This document shows positions 1 through 13,140 of a stretch of DNA of 64,000 nt, piece by piece. Each line of letters opens with the position of its first letter. The stretch's first letter is position 1. Both the position numbers and the translations under genes were made by a program. The notes under the pieces are model-generated. The model searched no databases and was not told where the DNA came from. It worked only from the letters and a program-made list of their open reading frames with translations. The stretch comes from Xylographa opegraphella (lineage: Eukaryota): the NCBI GenBank assembly GCA_022813865.1, contig JALDZX010000012.1, forward strand, positions 248,001 through 312,000, in the 5' to 3' direction.

Positions 1-1453
1 AGCTTCCCACCACATCATTACTGATAAAAATAGATGGGAGGTAGTCGAAGTAGCCCTTTGAGAACTGAGGGCACTCAGAGACATAGTTCTGGAAGAAATA
101 GCACATTGCTTGAGTTTCTATCGGGACTGAGAGTGCGCATGGTGGTTTGACTGCGAACCAGTTAATGCCCAGTAAATCTGGTTTGGCAGTGGTCCGTGTT
201 TGTGGAGGGACATCAATCATCATTGAATCAGGCTCTGAAGCCGCTCGCTGCAATTTAGGGTTGGAGAATAGATGTGATTGGTCCCGGAATGATAAAGACA
301 GTGGGTCTCTGTACCCTGTGCAGACACGACCAGCCCGAATGCATTGAGTGCAAGATGGTCTCAATGTATCACACTTGAGAATATTAATTAGCATGAAGCT
401 TGCGGTACATCTCTGAGCATAATCGCTGAGTTGGTCCTTACCCTGGTTCTCTTGAATCTACAATGAGCACATCCCTTACTGGGCTTTCCGCAATAAACCA
501 TTGCACTGTAGGTATGTGATAATGCGTACAATCAAGTGTGTATTGGACTTCTTTAGCTGTTGATATAGGGGCGGAAATGTATATGAAGAAAACAGCGAGG
601 ATTGTGAAAAGTGATAAGATCAACAGCAACTCTTCAACCACCTATGAGATGCAAAAAAAAACCACTACCGGAGCCTTAACAACAGAACGCGGCACAATCC
701 ATTAATGATATCCGGTCCTCCAGTAACGATGATTAATCACGTAGGAACTAGGTGTGCCCCCTTGGAACTCTAACGAGTAGCAGATGGAGTCAAGACAAGT
801 TCGTGATGGCAAGGAAACAAGGTCAACGTCGAGGTCAGTCATATTTACAGTTTAATGAAGTCCTTTAGTGGTGTGAGCGGTGAGGCCCATTCTACACGTG
901 ATTGCGTGATTGTGTCGGGAAGCCTAGGGCCGTTGACCGACTTGTTGTTCTCCAACATGCGGAGTCATCTCTAAGGCGTAGAGGCTCTGCTCTGCTCCAA
1001 TGGAATACGCGTATTTCGCTTAGCACATAGGGAAAGTGTTAGCATCTCGTAGCGGCGCCTGATTTAGTATCCTAGTCTAGCGTCGCTTTTCCATTCGCCG
1101 ACCAAACAACCTCCATTCATACCTTGCTGATAGCTAGCACAAGCCTCCTTCCAAAATGAGCTTCATGAACCCTCTCAGGTACGCGTACAGTCAGTGAAGC
1201 ACGCCGCTACGAAATTGCTTCTGTATTGGGCTCCTCGTGCTTTACACTATGATGGACAGAGACTGCTTTCTCAGGTTTGCTATAAGACTCTCATGATGGA
1301 CGTTTTCCTGTTTCGTTTTTCGCTCTGTGAAATATTATCCCCTGCTTGCTGTCTACATCTCTTCAATTCTCTCATCTGCTACAACCTTGGTAGCATACAT
1401 CTTTCATATTACCCATCACTTCCTTCTTCTATTCAGAGTTCCTGTCAAACACG

Positions 1454-2336
1454 ATGGGTCTCACAGAAGAAGTCATCGCCATCTTGGAGCTTTGTATCTA
1501 TATCCCTATATTCCCACTCGCTTTGATAGTCATTATTCGCCACGGGTGGAAAAAGCAACTTGGATGGATCTATCTTGTAATATTTTGTCTTGTCCGGATT
1601 GTTGGGGCAGGGTTCAAGATTGCGAGTGTCAAATATCCGGATAATGGCACCGATCTGGAATGGTCTGCGATTTTGCAATCCGTGGGACTAAGCCCCCTTC
1701 TTATGGCAACAATGGGTCTCCTAAAAAGAATGTCAGCTTTTCCCGAACAACCAGCTAAAGATGACCATGTTCTAACATCTCCTTCACAGAACCGATGAGG
1801 TCTCCCAAACCACTGCCTCCAGCGACAAATCCTACAGCAACACAGCAATGGCAGGCTTTGTATCTCAGAGCCGGGCGGCGAATCTCATCACCAAGCGCGC
1901 AACCGCAATCTCCCGACGCAGCCGTATCATTCAAATTGCGCAACTACCAACCCTGATCGCTCTCATCCTTTGCATCGTCGGAGGCACGGACAGAGCATCC
2001 AGCGACATTTCAGAATATTCTACCGGCCAAACCTACATCAAAGCCGGTATCGCCATATTTATCGTCATCTACGTCGTTCTTTTCGGCTTAACGGTCGTTA
2101 CCGGTGCGGACCTAGGAAATGCACCGCGTGGCGAGAAACGTATCTACTTCGCCGTGGTTGCTGCACTGCCCCTCATTGCTGTGCGTCTCCTCTACAGCAT
2201 CCTCGCGGACTTCACTAGCATCAGTAACTTCTCCCTTGCAAACCCAGATCCATGGGTTCAACTCTTCATGGCGGTCATCGAGGAATGTATTGTGGTTCTT
2301 ATGTACACGCTTGCCGGCCTCACCGTGGCTGCGTGA
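1454..2336 (+). CDS. Fungal seven-transmembrane integral membrane protein of unknown function
   Basis: ORFs 1454 and 1848 join in frame across intron 1732-1789 (GTCAGC...CTAAC...CAG). Seven hydrophobic segments; GWIYLVIFCLVRIVGA and LIAVRLLYSIL resemble a common fungal 7TM family. Confidence 0.8.
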
Positions 2337-3459
2337 AAGTTGCTTGGATGAAGGCATAATCGAGGCTTAGGGATGTTGTATAACACATTAGACGGGTGGG
2401 CGTTTGGGAAGTAATGCGTTGCGGATTTGACTAAAAGGAGACCAGGACTCGGCATTACACGGCACATGGCGGGCATGCCCGAAGTGCAACTCCATAGGTA
2501 CCCAGTATCTTCGCTTGGCTTCGGCTATGCTGTCTTAGACTTATTAGGGGGAATCGGAAAGATAGAATTGAGAGTATGACGTTAGACTAAGGCTTCGCAG
2601 TGCGACCAATTGCAATTCTTGACTTTGACTGCTTTAGTATACTAAATGATCTCCTCTACAGTGCTCTACAAAGCTCCACGCGGTCGACCTCGTTACCACT
2701 CGATACCAACCACTTTGGCTGATGTATGGTCCATACCTACACCACCGTCATCGAGCCCAGCACATCGTATCCTACCCTCTCACCATTAGCCTTTATCTCC
2801 ACCTCACTACAATCCAGTCATGCACGTAATATTGCACTTGGCTGATAATGCACGGTGTAGACAACCACGTCAAAGCTTGTAGGTTCTGTAAAAGCATTCC
2901 TTTGCCCGTATCAGTCGCAACTATATTCCTCCTTGGAGTCCAGATCCTGCAGCCCGCACCACACGCCTGTGTAAGCACGTAGCTCTTGTCGCTTAGCCAT
3001 GCTCTTCGTCTCTAGTATGGCACTGCATCGCCACAGAATAGCAAAGGGGTGCCTTTGATGGACTGCAAGCTAACACTACTGCGAATGTATTGGCCCTTGT
3101 CCAAGAGGCACAAACAGCGACATAGCAGCGTCGTATTGTGAACGTAAAGGGGTGGCATTGGATTACAAGCGACGTCAGCTTGAAGTTGCTGTTGCTTCTT
3201 AGCTGGACCGAATGGAAGAGACAATCCAAGTCCTTGCGGTTCCTGATCGGGTGTGAAGTCTAGGCTGATTGATTTATAAGGACTCGTTCGTTGAGCGTTT
3301 CTCTGGAGAGAGAAAAAAATACCGGCGGCAAGAGCAAAATCACCATGAAAAAATCTGGTGTAAATCATCCTTGCCGTTAGATCCTCGGACAAACAGAGGG
3401 TGGTTATAAGACCCGCACGTGGAGTCGTCGGTGAAGCTATGAAGAACGATGTGGCCAAG

Positions 3460-4590
3460 TCACGCTTCACCCCCTTCGTGGTCAGTTAGGCTCTGCGTTA
3501 TGACCTTCGTGGTCGCTGCCGCTGCTCTGCCAATTTCACCACCTTCTTGCCGAGCTGACTCGAGACCTCGTTCAAGCACCTTTAGAAACTTTGATGACAG
3601 GATCTTTCGCCTCTCGCTGCATTGCTCATACATTTGACTGTCCTCATCCCGGTGTGATCCAAATAGATTGAGTGAAGCGTAGGTATTTGACCGTCTAGGC
3701 AACATATGATACTGTACATCGGTAAGGGGGAAGAGGTTGGTATTCTCTACCGGTTCCATGGTTTCAGCCTCTGTGAGTCCGACGCTTAGAAAAAGCCCTA
3801 ATGTGTTAAGTATTTTCACCAGTGTCTTTCCCTCGCTCCCAGCTTTTCCAAATGATGCTTTGTTTGTGGACCACGACTCATTCGCCTCCTCATTGGACCA
3901 GCCCAACATAGCAAGGAAGCACCTCATTGTCTTTACCCATCCACCGGCGCAGGAAACAAGGGGTTCACCTGCCACTTCAAGAAGCCAACCAAGTATGTCC
4001 ATGGAAGATGACCGTATATCAGCGGCCAGATGAGTCATAGCGGCTCGGACGTACAGTAAGATCTTCTCGATGAGATCTCCAATCTCTCCACTGGGTAACA
4101 CGCGGAGCAGCTTGAGGAGCTGGTTTCGGACTCCATTGCTACCGTCGAGGAAGAGAGGCAGAATTTTCGGAACGAGAATGCTCACAGGTTGTGGAAGCGG
4201 GGAACCAACAGGCCGACTAATTGTTGCAGCCGTAAGATAGCTGAGGGATTCCTTGCGTTGGGCGTCTGAGCGCGAGGTTAGAAGCCCGAGGTGATGGCTA
4301 AATTGGTCGGACGAGGACGGAGCATTAATATTGAGAGTTTGCGCATTCAAGACAATAGCTATATTGGTTGTTTGTTAGTCCGACACGACGGTGATATTCA
4401 GAGTGAAATACCTTTGGATTTGAAGCTGGTATTTGTAAAATTATCAGGTTGAGGTCTTGCCTTGCCGACCTTGAGCTTTTGTTTCTGATAATATTCAGTC
4501 AGCAAAATTCCTCAATGTGCCACAATCAGACCGCAGTAGTACTTGGAAATCCTTCTTTTTGTCCTTCTTTTTCTTCACGCTGGATCCCAT
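3460..4590 (-). CDS. IPI1: Pre-rRNA processing protein Ipi1 (Rix1 complex)
   Basis: Spliced N-terminus MGSSVKKKKDKKKDFQ|KQKLKVGKARPQPDNFTNTSFKSK|AIVLNAQTL, plus LYVRAAMTHLAADIR; two introns upstream of ORF 3460-4350. Confidence 0.9.
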
Positions 4591-4979
4591 TGCCTTGGTT
4601 ATCCCCAATGTCTCGTTGAACTAAGGCATTATGCTTCATCGTCGAGTTGTATCGGTTTTGAAACCACATGGGAATTTTGGCTAGCTCGTGCCGGTAGTCC
4701 TAGTGGAAAAGCTAACATCGCGCTGTCACGCGTTAATTGTTATCCTAGAGCTAGAGCTAGCTAAAGTAAGTCCCAAAACAGTCTCAAGTCTCCATCGCCA
4801 GGATGTATCCGTTTCGGGTTTCCGCAGACAAAGGCAGACTTGTGCAAAGTCCTGTTGGATGATGATTTCTATGTAGGGTTAATCTACCATGAAGTAAAAG
4901 GCTCGCAAGATTACCCTTTTAGCTATCTGTGCCTTATATTTATCCGAGTCTACAATATTGTGATCAAAGATACAGATAG

Positions 4980-5519
4980 ATGGCTGTTTGTTTGTCGTGA
5001 CCCTAAGGAGTCGCCGTAATGTTAACGATGTCTAGCCGCTGTCTACATTGGAGAATCTCGCCCGGATTGCCTCAAAGCCCGGCGTTCAGTCCACTTTAGT
5101 ACTTTCGAGAGCGGATGGTGCTATTATTCGAGCCACTGGTTTTGCCACGAATGGAAGCAATTCGCCTGCGAATGAAATCAGTATTCATCAGTCCGTTGAA
5201 CCACATACAGCACTTCCAGAAAGCGCAGACGGGAAGATTGAATATGCAAGAAACAGAACGCAGAGTAGCAAGACCGCTGAAGAAGTGGCCAAAATGATTT
5301 TCCAATTTGTTTCTACAACTACGGGGCTTATCAATGATCTTGAGGAAGGGGATGATGTCCAACTCTTGAGACTACGGACCCGGAATAGCGAGATTGTAAT
5401 CGTCCCTGGTAAGCTACTGAGTTCTGCGACTCTAGGAAAGCATTTCACCACTTCTAATGTATTTGCTAGATTCTGCTTACATTATGGTTGTCGTCCATGA
5501 TCCTCCAAAAGCTTCATAA
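4980..5519 (+). CDS. Dynein light chain roadblock / Roadblock-LC7 domain protein
   Basis: MA|PLSTLENLARIASKPGVQSTLVLSRADGAII...DDVQLLRLRTRNSEIVIVP|DSAYIMVVVHD. Introns 4986-5035 and 5409-5469; stop TAA 5517-5519. Confidence 0.85.
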
Positions 5520-6875
5520 ACTGGGATCAGGCCCACTGTCTTTGAGATAGCCTGGTGGCTTGACCTAATTGTTTTGCATCGCTGAGCTCCACGAGTCGCT
5601 TTCAGGACTGCAATATCTGCTGCTTTACCGAGAGTACACGGGTTGTTTGGTATAGCAAGTGCTTCATGAAACTCGTCGCCATTGCCTGTCCAGCAGTGTC
5701 TTACCTAACCTGTACCGCGCATGTTCGACTTCCAAACAGGTAAAGCGGCTTGGATGTTCGCGTCGCAAGGGATGGCAACGAACTTATGGTTTTTGCGCAA
5801 TGCACTAATCGATGATCACATGCCATGGATGCTGAAAGCAGCTTAACATGATACTTTACTGAAGGTGTCTGCACGCAAACGTGCAGCTATTGCTTGGAGA
5901 CGAAGCGTAAGGAGGACAATGAGGTAGCAGGGATATTGGAATTGCCCAGAGGGATAGAGCGTGGCCTTTGAAGGAATCATTTGAGTCTCCAGGAAGACTA
6001 CATCCGGAAAGAAGAGTATAAATATATTCTGCGATTACTTTTGACTGTAAATTGATACCAATCCGTGGTAAACCGCTATCATAATTTCACAATATTTCTA
6101 CCAAGCACAAAGCCCGACCCCTTCCACTTTCGGTAGTTGCTAGCTCCGCCGCTGACTCATCCTAATTAGTTTCCCGCTAGCGAAAATTTGCTTCAAAAAC
6201 TCGCTCGCCCTCGCTCTCCTCTTCTCTTCTTCATACTTACCTTCTTGGAAGAACCGCGATCAAGCAGGCGGTCTCTTACAAAGCGAGTCCTCCATTGCAC
6301 ATCGGGGCGACAAGCCTTGTCGAGTGTCCTTCGGGGCCCTCGCTGGGGGAATTTTTGATGGTCCACCTCACCCTAGAGGCTTCTTTTCATCATTGTGGAC
6401 GCCTTGTGCGTCCGCGTGGAGAAGGGATTTTGTAGATGCTGTCGTAGTGTGAGATTGGATGTTCGGTAGAGGTGGTCTATAGCTAGCTGTCTGTCGTATG
6501 ATGCTGCGAGGTTTGCTGCTGCCGATGTGGGTCACGGGGAAACATTCGCTATCGCTGTCTTTGATAGTATCCATAGTGGAGGATGAGTGGTTGGCAGTCA
6601 ACCAAGTGATCTGAACGAATGAGGTAGAAGTCCTCCTACAGTAGCTCCGCTCAGCCATAGATTATCACGATATTTTTGGGATGTCCTACTACACGGACTA
6701 TAGCACAGATCTTGTGCTCCCTCAAAACTCTAGTCGGTCATGCAAGGAGGACTTGAACAAGCGGACACTACAGCTCAATTTTCTCCTCATCAAACAGCCA
6801 CTATAAATCCTCCTACGAGCTCATATCGTGAAACAATCTCCTCCACTTAGCGGTATCTACAGCAGCCACTAAGCC

Positions 6876-7863
6876 ATGCCTAAAGACCGTGAAAAGTCCA
6901 TCAACCCAGCTGCCGCTCAACGTAAAGCCGACAAGCAGAAAGCTCTCAAGAAGAGTAAGTCCCTCTCTATATCCCTCGCCCTTCCTTTTCATATCTGCAT
7001 ACTCACAGGTACCCATAGGTAAAGCGGCTGTCGCCGCCCAGCGGACTGAGCGGTTCGCCCACCGCAACCCCGAGCGCCTCCAACGACAGATAGACGACCT
7101 CAAAGCCCTTGAAGCTGATGCCGGCAAGCTGTCCGCGCGGGACAAGAAAGTCCTCGAAGAGCTTGAGCGTGACGTAGCCCGTGTACGAAAGGCTAAAGAG
7201 ATAGTTGGAGACAAAGGCCCCCCACCACGCCCAAATGGCGACAGAGGCTCGAGAGATGGAGCTAGGGGTGGCAGAGGAGGTATACTGGGTAAGCGAGGCC
7301 GGGATTGGGATCGCGGCCGCGAGAGCGATGGGAGTGAAACGGACGAAAGCGTGAGGAGAATTCCCATGCCCCGGGACACGCCGCCGCCGATTCCGTCGCA
7401 ACGGGCAAGGCAAAGGGAACACGCGGTCCAGCATGCTGGTGGGAGTGGGACGAATGCGAATTCTATACCGCTGGGAGAAGGGAGGGGAGGAGGAGAGAGG
7501 GAGCCGCATGCGTTGCCGGAACGGCCGCCGGAGGTCAAGGTGCAGGCGCAAACGGTCTACGAGGCGAAGCCGGAGGTGAGAGATCTAAGGAAGGAGGCGG
7601 TGAGTCGGTTTGTGCCGACTGTGGTGCAGAAGAAGCTGCATGCAACGAAGGGGGCGGTTGGGGGACGGTTATTGGAGGAGGAAGAAGTGGAGAGGCTGGA
7701 GAAGGAAGGATATGGAACCGTAGAGAGCTTGAGCATAACCGGGGAGAGGAGGGCTGAGCCGGAGGCGAGGCCGATTGATACGACTTTAGATGAGGAGGAA
7801 GAGCGATTCGAGAGGGAGTTGAGGAGTGTGCAGTTGGAAGAGGTTAGGGACGAAGACTTGTGA
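6876..7863 (+). CDS. WW domain-binding protein 11 (Wbp11/Saf1-like) splicing factor
   Basis: MPKDREKSINPAAAQRKADKQKALKK|SKAAVAAQRTERFAHRNPERLQRQIDDLK; intron 6955-7018; IPMPRDTPPP and VYEAKPEVRDLRKEAVSRFVP motifs. Confidence 0.8.
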
Positions 7864-8549
7864 TACTCAATTCCATGTTTGCAGGAGTATGTGTGATCTT
7901 CGTTTGTCCATGTCAGTGACCGATAGCACTGTCGAAAGGGCAGTAGTACTATCTCGTGATTGTATCGAGGTTTCCAGCCTTCAGCTACTGTCTCGGCCAT
8001 AGAAGTCTTCGACGCAACTGTTCTGATTCTCCAGAGCAGTTGCACAGTTATTATACACATACACCAAGTAATGACTTATTTCATTATTCATTGGTCTTAC
8101 GCCAATGTAGTCCATTTTAGGGCTTATGCGGAAAACTATAGTACAATTTGGAATAGGGAGTCCCTTCGGGGGAACAGCCTACTCCTTAATACTCCTCACT
8201 ACGCCTCTTATGTGTTTCGCCAATGTGCAACCTGTAGTACCATAAAAGTAATGACTTTACTCTAGATTCTCCACCAATCAGAGTAGACCGCGTGGCAGTG
8301 AACCATTTCATTCATCTATGTAGATTACGAGGGTCAATTTCGGTGCACGTTCTCGAATGCAGCAAAACACCGTCTCCGATCCGCCTAAGAGTACATGTGT
8401 TACCAGATCAACAACAGGAAGACCAGGAAAAAAGTCACGTAGTCGAAAGAAGACAACAACTTTTACGACCACCCAAACCTTGTAAGAGTGGAGCTTATGC
8501 CATAAGTACGTGTGGTCTTCTGCAAGGCCGAATTGGATGCTACACCAAG

Positions 8550-10520
8550 CTAATTCTCCGCCATGTAAGTGCTAGCATCAACACCTTCAGCAGGGAACTC
8601 ACTGTCCTAAATCAGCGTGTATACATGAAGATATTATGGTTGAATACTCACGGTACAGCAACATCGAACCGGTCCGTGATCTGCTTTAGGACGACCTCAT
8701 CCGCCTCTGTGCTGACAAACGAGATACTAAGGCCTTTGGTACCAAAGCGCCCAGCACGACCTACCCTATGAAGGTATGAGTCTGCATCACTGGGTAAATC
8801 GTAGTTGATTGCCAGATTGATTTTCTCGATATCAATCCCACGCCCGAAGACATCCGTGGCTACGCAAATGCGCTTCTCGAAATCTTTGAATTCTTTGTAA
8901 CGTTTGATACTGATAATATTAGCACCTTTCTACTTGCCTGCTTATGTAGAGTTGTCTTACCGCTCTTCCTGACTTACGCCAGAGTGAACCGCAACGCTAG
9001 GGAAATTGCATTCACGAAGGAGCTTGTCAAGCTCTGTCGCTCTCAGAGTGCTCTTCACGAAGATAATAACTTGGTTGAATTGCAGGCTGTCGAGAAGATC
9101 GTTGAGCTTACGGTTCTTTTCCCCTTCACTGAGCTTGATGTAGTACTGTTGAAGACCATGTAAGGTAAGTTTTGTTGAATTATCTATGATGATCTCAAGC
9201 GCATTCTTCATAAATTTTCTGCAGACAAGTATCATCTCTGGGGAGAGCGTTGCACTGAACATCATGACCTGCTTTTGTGTAGGCGTGGCACGAAAGATTT
9301 CCTGCACCGCTCGTCGCATATCTGTACCAGGGATCAATAAATTGGCCAATGGCTATAGGAGAAAATCGGCATACCTATCTGATCCAGCATTTTGTCGCAT
9401 TCATCAAGAACGAACATTTTGAGGTTCCCTAGCCGTAGTCGCTTCTCGCGAACCAAGGCTTCCAGCCGTCCTGGAGTACCAACGACAATATTAGGATGGG
9501 TGTCCTTGTTGGAGAGTAGTTCGACGTCTTTCTGCATTGGAACTCCACCATAAAACACACCGGTCTTAACATCTGGGAGATATTTGCTGAAGCGTGAAAA
9601 TTCGTTCTTGATCTGGTATGCCAGTTCGCGTGTATGGCACATGACAAGGACTGAACACTCGCCCGGAACTGCCTCAACTTGCTGAAGGGTCGTCAAGACG
9701 AAAACAGCTGTTTTTCCAAGACCGGACTTGGCCTGGCACAGAATATCTGTACCCAAAATTGCTTGAGGAATTGCTTCTTGTTGAACTATAAGGATATGGC
9801 GATGTCAGATTGATGGTCCCAAGTAAATGCAGAAATGATGTAAAGTCCATGGGAAAGTCCGTCCATCTCCTGTTGCAAAACACCCAGCATACACAGTGAA
9901 ACGTCTAAAGGGCAGTTTCCATGCCCGCAGCACATGAGGATTGATGCTCAAGGACAGACCGCATGCAACGTATGACTCTTGTATCTTGGTTTATGAACCG
10001 ACTGGCGGCAGCAGGAGTCTCTGGTAGATATCACTTCGTAAAAGCTCAAACTCATAGTCACTATTTATCGTGACCAGATGATTGAGATCCACATGAAGCG
10101 CCCCCACTCGTGTTCCATAATGCGTTCAGCAGTTGGATAGTGAAAGAGACTTCCTTCAACCACCCGCAATACCCGAAGATAACAGCGAGAAAATCTTTCT
10201 GCGGAGATGGACGGACGTTGGAACATCGAGAGACTTGTAGCAGGAGGCTTGGGAAAGGATGATTATAACTGACCCTCCGATGGATGCTCGAACCCGCAAT
10301 CGGCGATCGCTCGCTGAAGTTCTGGCTTTAGAAGGAAATCTCGGAAGCCAGTCGCATGGATTCCAACATAACTTCCTTTAGTTTCTGCCTGTCCACCTGA
10401 TCCGGTCAGATCACCCTTTTTGGCCGCACTGCCATTCGCGGCTCCGGTTGCAGTCGTAGGTACGTCGTTGTTTGGAAGTTCATCGTCTGAATAGTCGATC
10501 AAGTCTTCTTCGTGAGACAT
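8550..10520 (-). CDS. SUB2: DECD-box ATP-dependent RNA helicase Sub2/UAP56
   Basis: [39 protein letters not shown]-terminus [16 protein letters not shown], stop 8550-8552. Four introns, the first 9786-10273. Confidence 0.97.
9857..10216 (-). repeat. 14-bp perfect inverted repeat bracketing the interior of SUB2 intron 1
   Basis: GTCCGTCCATCTCC at 9857-9870 is the exact reverse complement of GGAGATGGACGGAC at 10203-10216. Confidence 0.9.
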
Positions 10521-10983
10521 GTTGACGTGGATAGGTGTGAGGTTCCTCGAGATCAGGAAGTTGCGGTCGCAGAAAAGTGCTGAACCCTACCACGCGCGGA
10601 TTGAGGTTTAGCTATTCGAAATCACGATATATCTTCCTTGAGTGATTGACGAAAGAGGACGCGGTGTAGTCGATGAAAAGCGTTATGCAACAGGTTCGCA
10701 AGTTTGCTTCGTACTGAGACTACGGAGGATAGGTAGAATGGATGTGATAAACGCACAGAGAAATGTTGCCTGTTGTGAGCAAGAACTTTTGCCAGAGATG
10801 AATGCGGCTCAATTCCAAATAAGGACTAGTCTAGCGTTGGTCGCTAATCAAGGTACATAACTCAAAGTACTGAAAGCATCCATTAAATTCTTATTACGTG
10901 AGTATGATGTTCGGTCATCCACGTTGTTATCATAGACGACAAGCTATCGAGTGGTAAGGCTCGCAAGACCGTAAGCTCTGCGA

Positions 10984-11580
10984 ATGATGAAGATGAAAGC
11001 GTCTAGCACTATCAATGTCCCACATAAACACCTACATTCAAGGATATCCTACCTTCATCAGGCCGCTGCATATCTCACGAACTGTGAGCTCAAAGAGACA
11101 AGGCGTAGGGATTGTGAGTTGGGCCAGCTGCCTTCCGATCTGAATGAGACGGCTTTACGGCCAACCGAAAACAGCTCAAAGGTTGTACTATCCAGCGCTG
11201 CTACTACCGTCAATGAGTTTCGCGATCCTCACGACCATCGGATTGTAAATAGCGACAAAAAATTCCCACAGTTGCCGCCACTCACTCGCCACCTCGTGTC
11301 AAACATTCGAGGTGTGTCATTAAAAGTACAAGCCCAACTATCTCCGAGCTTGAAGCATAGTATGTGCAAACGCTGCGATGCATTTCTGGTCATAGGCATC
11401 ACTTCAACCAGCATGATTGAAAACAAGAGCACTGGTGGTCGGAAACCATGGGCTGATGTTCTTGTGGTCACATGTAATGCTTGCAATTCAGAGAAACGCT
11501 TCCCTATCGGTGGCAAGCGACAACGTCGAAAGATGGACCGGCAGGAAAAGTCAGTTGTTGAGGACGTTAATCCCCGATAG
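10984..11580 (+). CDS. RPR2: RNase P subunit Rpr2/Rpp21 family protein
   Basis: HLHSRISYLHQAA, LKHSMCKRC, KPWADVLVVTCNAC..KRFP (two CxxC zinc ligand pairs). Confidence 0.88.
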   Translation: MMKMKASSTINVPHKHLHSRISYLHQAAAYLTNCELKETRRRDCELGQLPSDLNETALRPTENSSKVVLSSAATTVNEFRDPHDHRIVNSDKKFPQLPPLTRHLVSNIRGVSLKVQAQLSPSLKHSMCKRCDAFLVIGITSTSMIENKSTGGRKPWADVLVVTCNACNSEKRFPIGGKRQRRKMDRQEKSVVEDVNPR

Positions 11581-12245
11581 TTCTCGACACTGAAGGATCC
11601 AGCGCATTGAGCAATATAAGTGTTTGACAGGATTCCAGATGATGTTAGGCAAAAGATATTGAATGTTCGGTTTGGGGTATTTCATGTGCCTGTAGTGCCA
11701 GGCCTAGACCCAGGCCAAAACTTTCACTATACACGAACTAATCCTTCTATCTGACACTCAAATTTCGCGCATCACTAGCAAACCTGAAAAAGAATCAAAA
11801 AGACATGTCACCGTGATATCGTCCTCCCAACCACTGGTCTCCGAGCTCGTGAGACGAGTCTTCCAGTGCCGAGGAAACCTTAAGGTTATCTGGCCGAAGA
11901 GAGATAGCTCTGACTCTACGAAGGGCGCAGCGTTTGTCAGCCTTTATCGACCCGGTATTGAAGCAAGGCACTGGCTTCTTATTAGCTTGCTGGGCCATCG
12001 AATTCTTCTCTGTGCGAGAATGTGCATATCATTGAAGGACGGGATAAAGCAAAACAACTATGCTCAACAGTAACATCTGATTTCGGGGTCCTGAACGACT
12101 ATGCTTGAACAATGCCTGATTGGCATCCAGTTCACTCCTAGGCTAGCCAAGTTTCACGTTCATACTGTAAGATACTCATGTTCACAGAGATACACTGGAC
12201 GTGAAGGATACTGCATTGCTCTTAATCTCAGTCACAGGCGTTGAA

Positions 12246-12993
12246 TTACTCTGCTTTCGCTGGTCGAATCATACACATGTGAGGGCTGACTTCTTCTTTG
12301 CCGTATTTTGCCCAGTTCAATTCCATGATTTCCTTAAAATAGATTAGCCAGTTCTACTGCTAGTCTGGCGGCAATTGAGGAAGTAATACCACGTCTTCGA
12401 AACCTTTTTGGTGATACAAATGACGTCCTGCTGGAGATGCTTCCAGATAGCAGCGCAGACCTGCATCATCTGCGATATTAGTGCCCCATTGCACCAGCAT
12501 ACCACCAGCTCCTCGTCTCTGATGGTCGGGATGGGTGTCCAATAACCCAAGTACTGAGCTGTCAGAACGCGCAGAATCTAACTAGATTTTAGATATGCTT
12601 ACAGCAGTGGGGCGCTCCAGCCATGAGTTTTTTACGCTTTTCGCTTAATGCGCCCACAAACTCGTTCAAAGCCTCGTTGTTCACATCCGGGCCCCAATCT
12701 ATCCTCTCTTGCGGCTTGTTCCATTCACTCTCAGGTCTTTCCTGCTTGTAAATGTACCATTTGGCGAAAGAGATCATTTCATTGTCGTGATCTGTGTCGA
12801 CAACCTTCCAAAAGACAATGTTTGGATCATGGAAATCCTTCCGTGCCCGCTCTACCATTATTGCCGTCACCGCGGCAGATATACCATTTGGAAACACTAC
12901 CTGCTCCCACAGTCCGTTCGAAAACGCTCGATTTTGAATTTCTGTGGCGCGTTCCATATCGGCCTCGACAATGGGTTGGAGTACGAGCGGCAT
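12246..12993 (-). CDS. GNAT-family N-acetyltransferase
   Basis: Three exons; acetyl-CoA motif THPDHQRRGAGGML, YLEASPAGRHLYHQKGF, and C-terminal PHMCMIRPAKAE; stop 12246-12248. Confidence 0.88.
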
Positions 12994-13131
12994 GCTGAAA
13001 GGACTAGAGCAACGACTGGAGTCAGAAACAACATGCGAGACACACGGCAAGTTCGCACAATCATCAGAATCCGAAATCAACAGGACGTCGCCTTAATGTG
13101 TAAACAAGCGGTGGATATTCTGTGTCAAACG

Positions 13132-13140
13132 ATGACTCAT
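13132..13140. promoter_or_regulatory. Gcn4/CpcA-type element ATGACTCAT upstream of the GNAT gene
   Basis: Perfect ATGACTCAT about 140 bp upstream of the ATG at 12993; near-match ATGAATCAT at about 13189. Confidence 0.45.
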
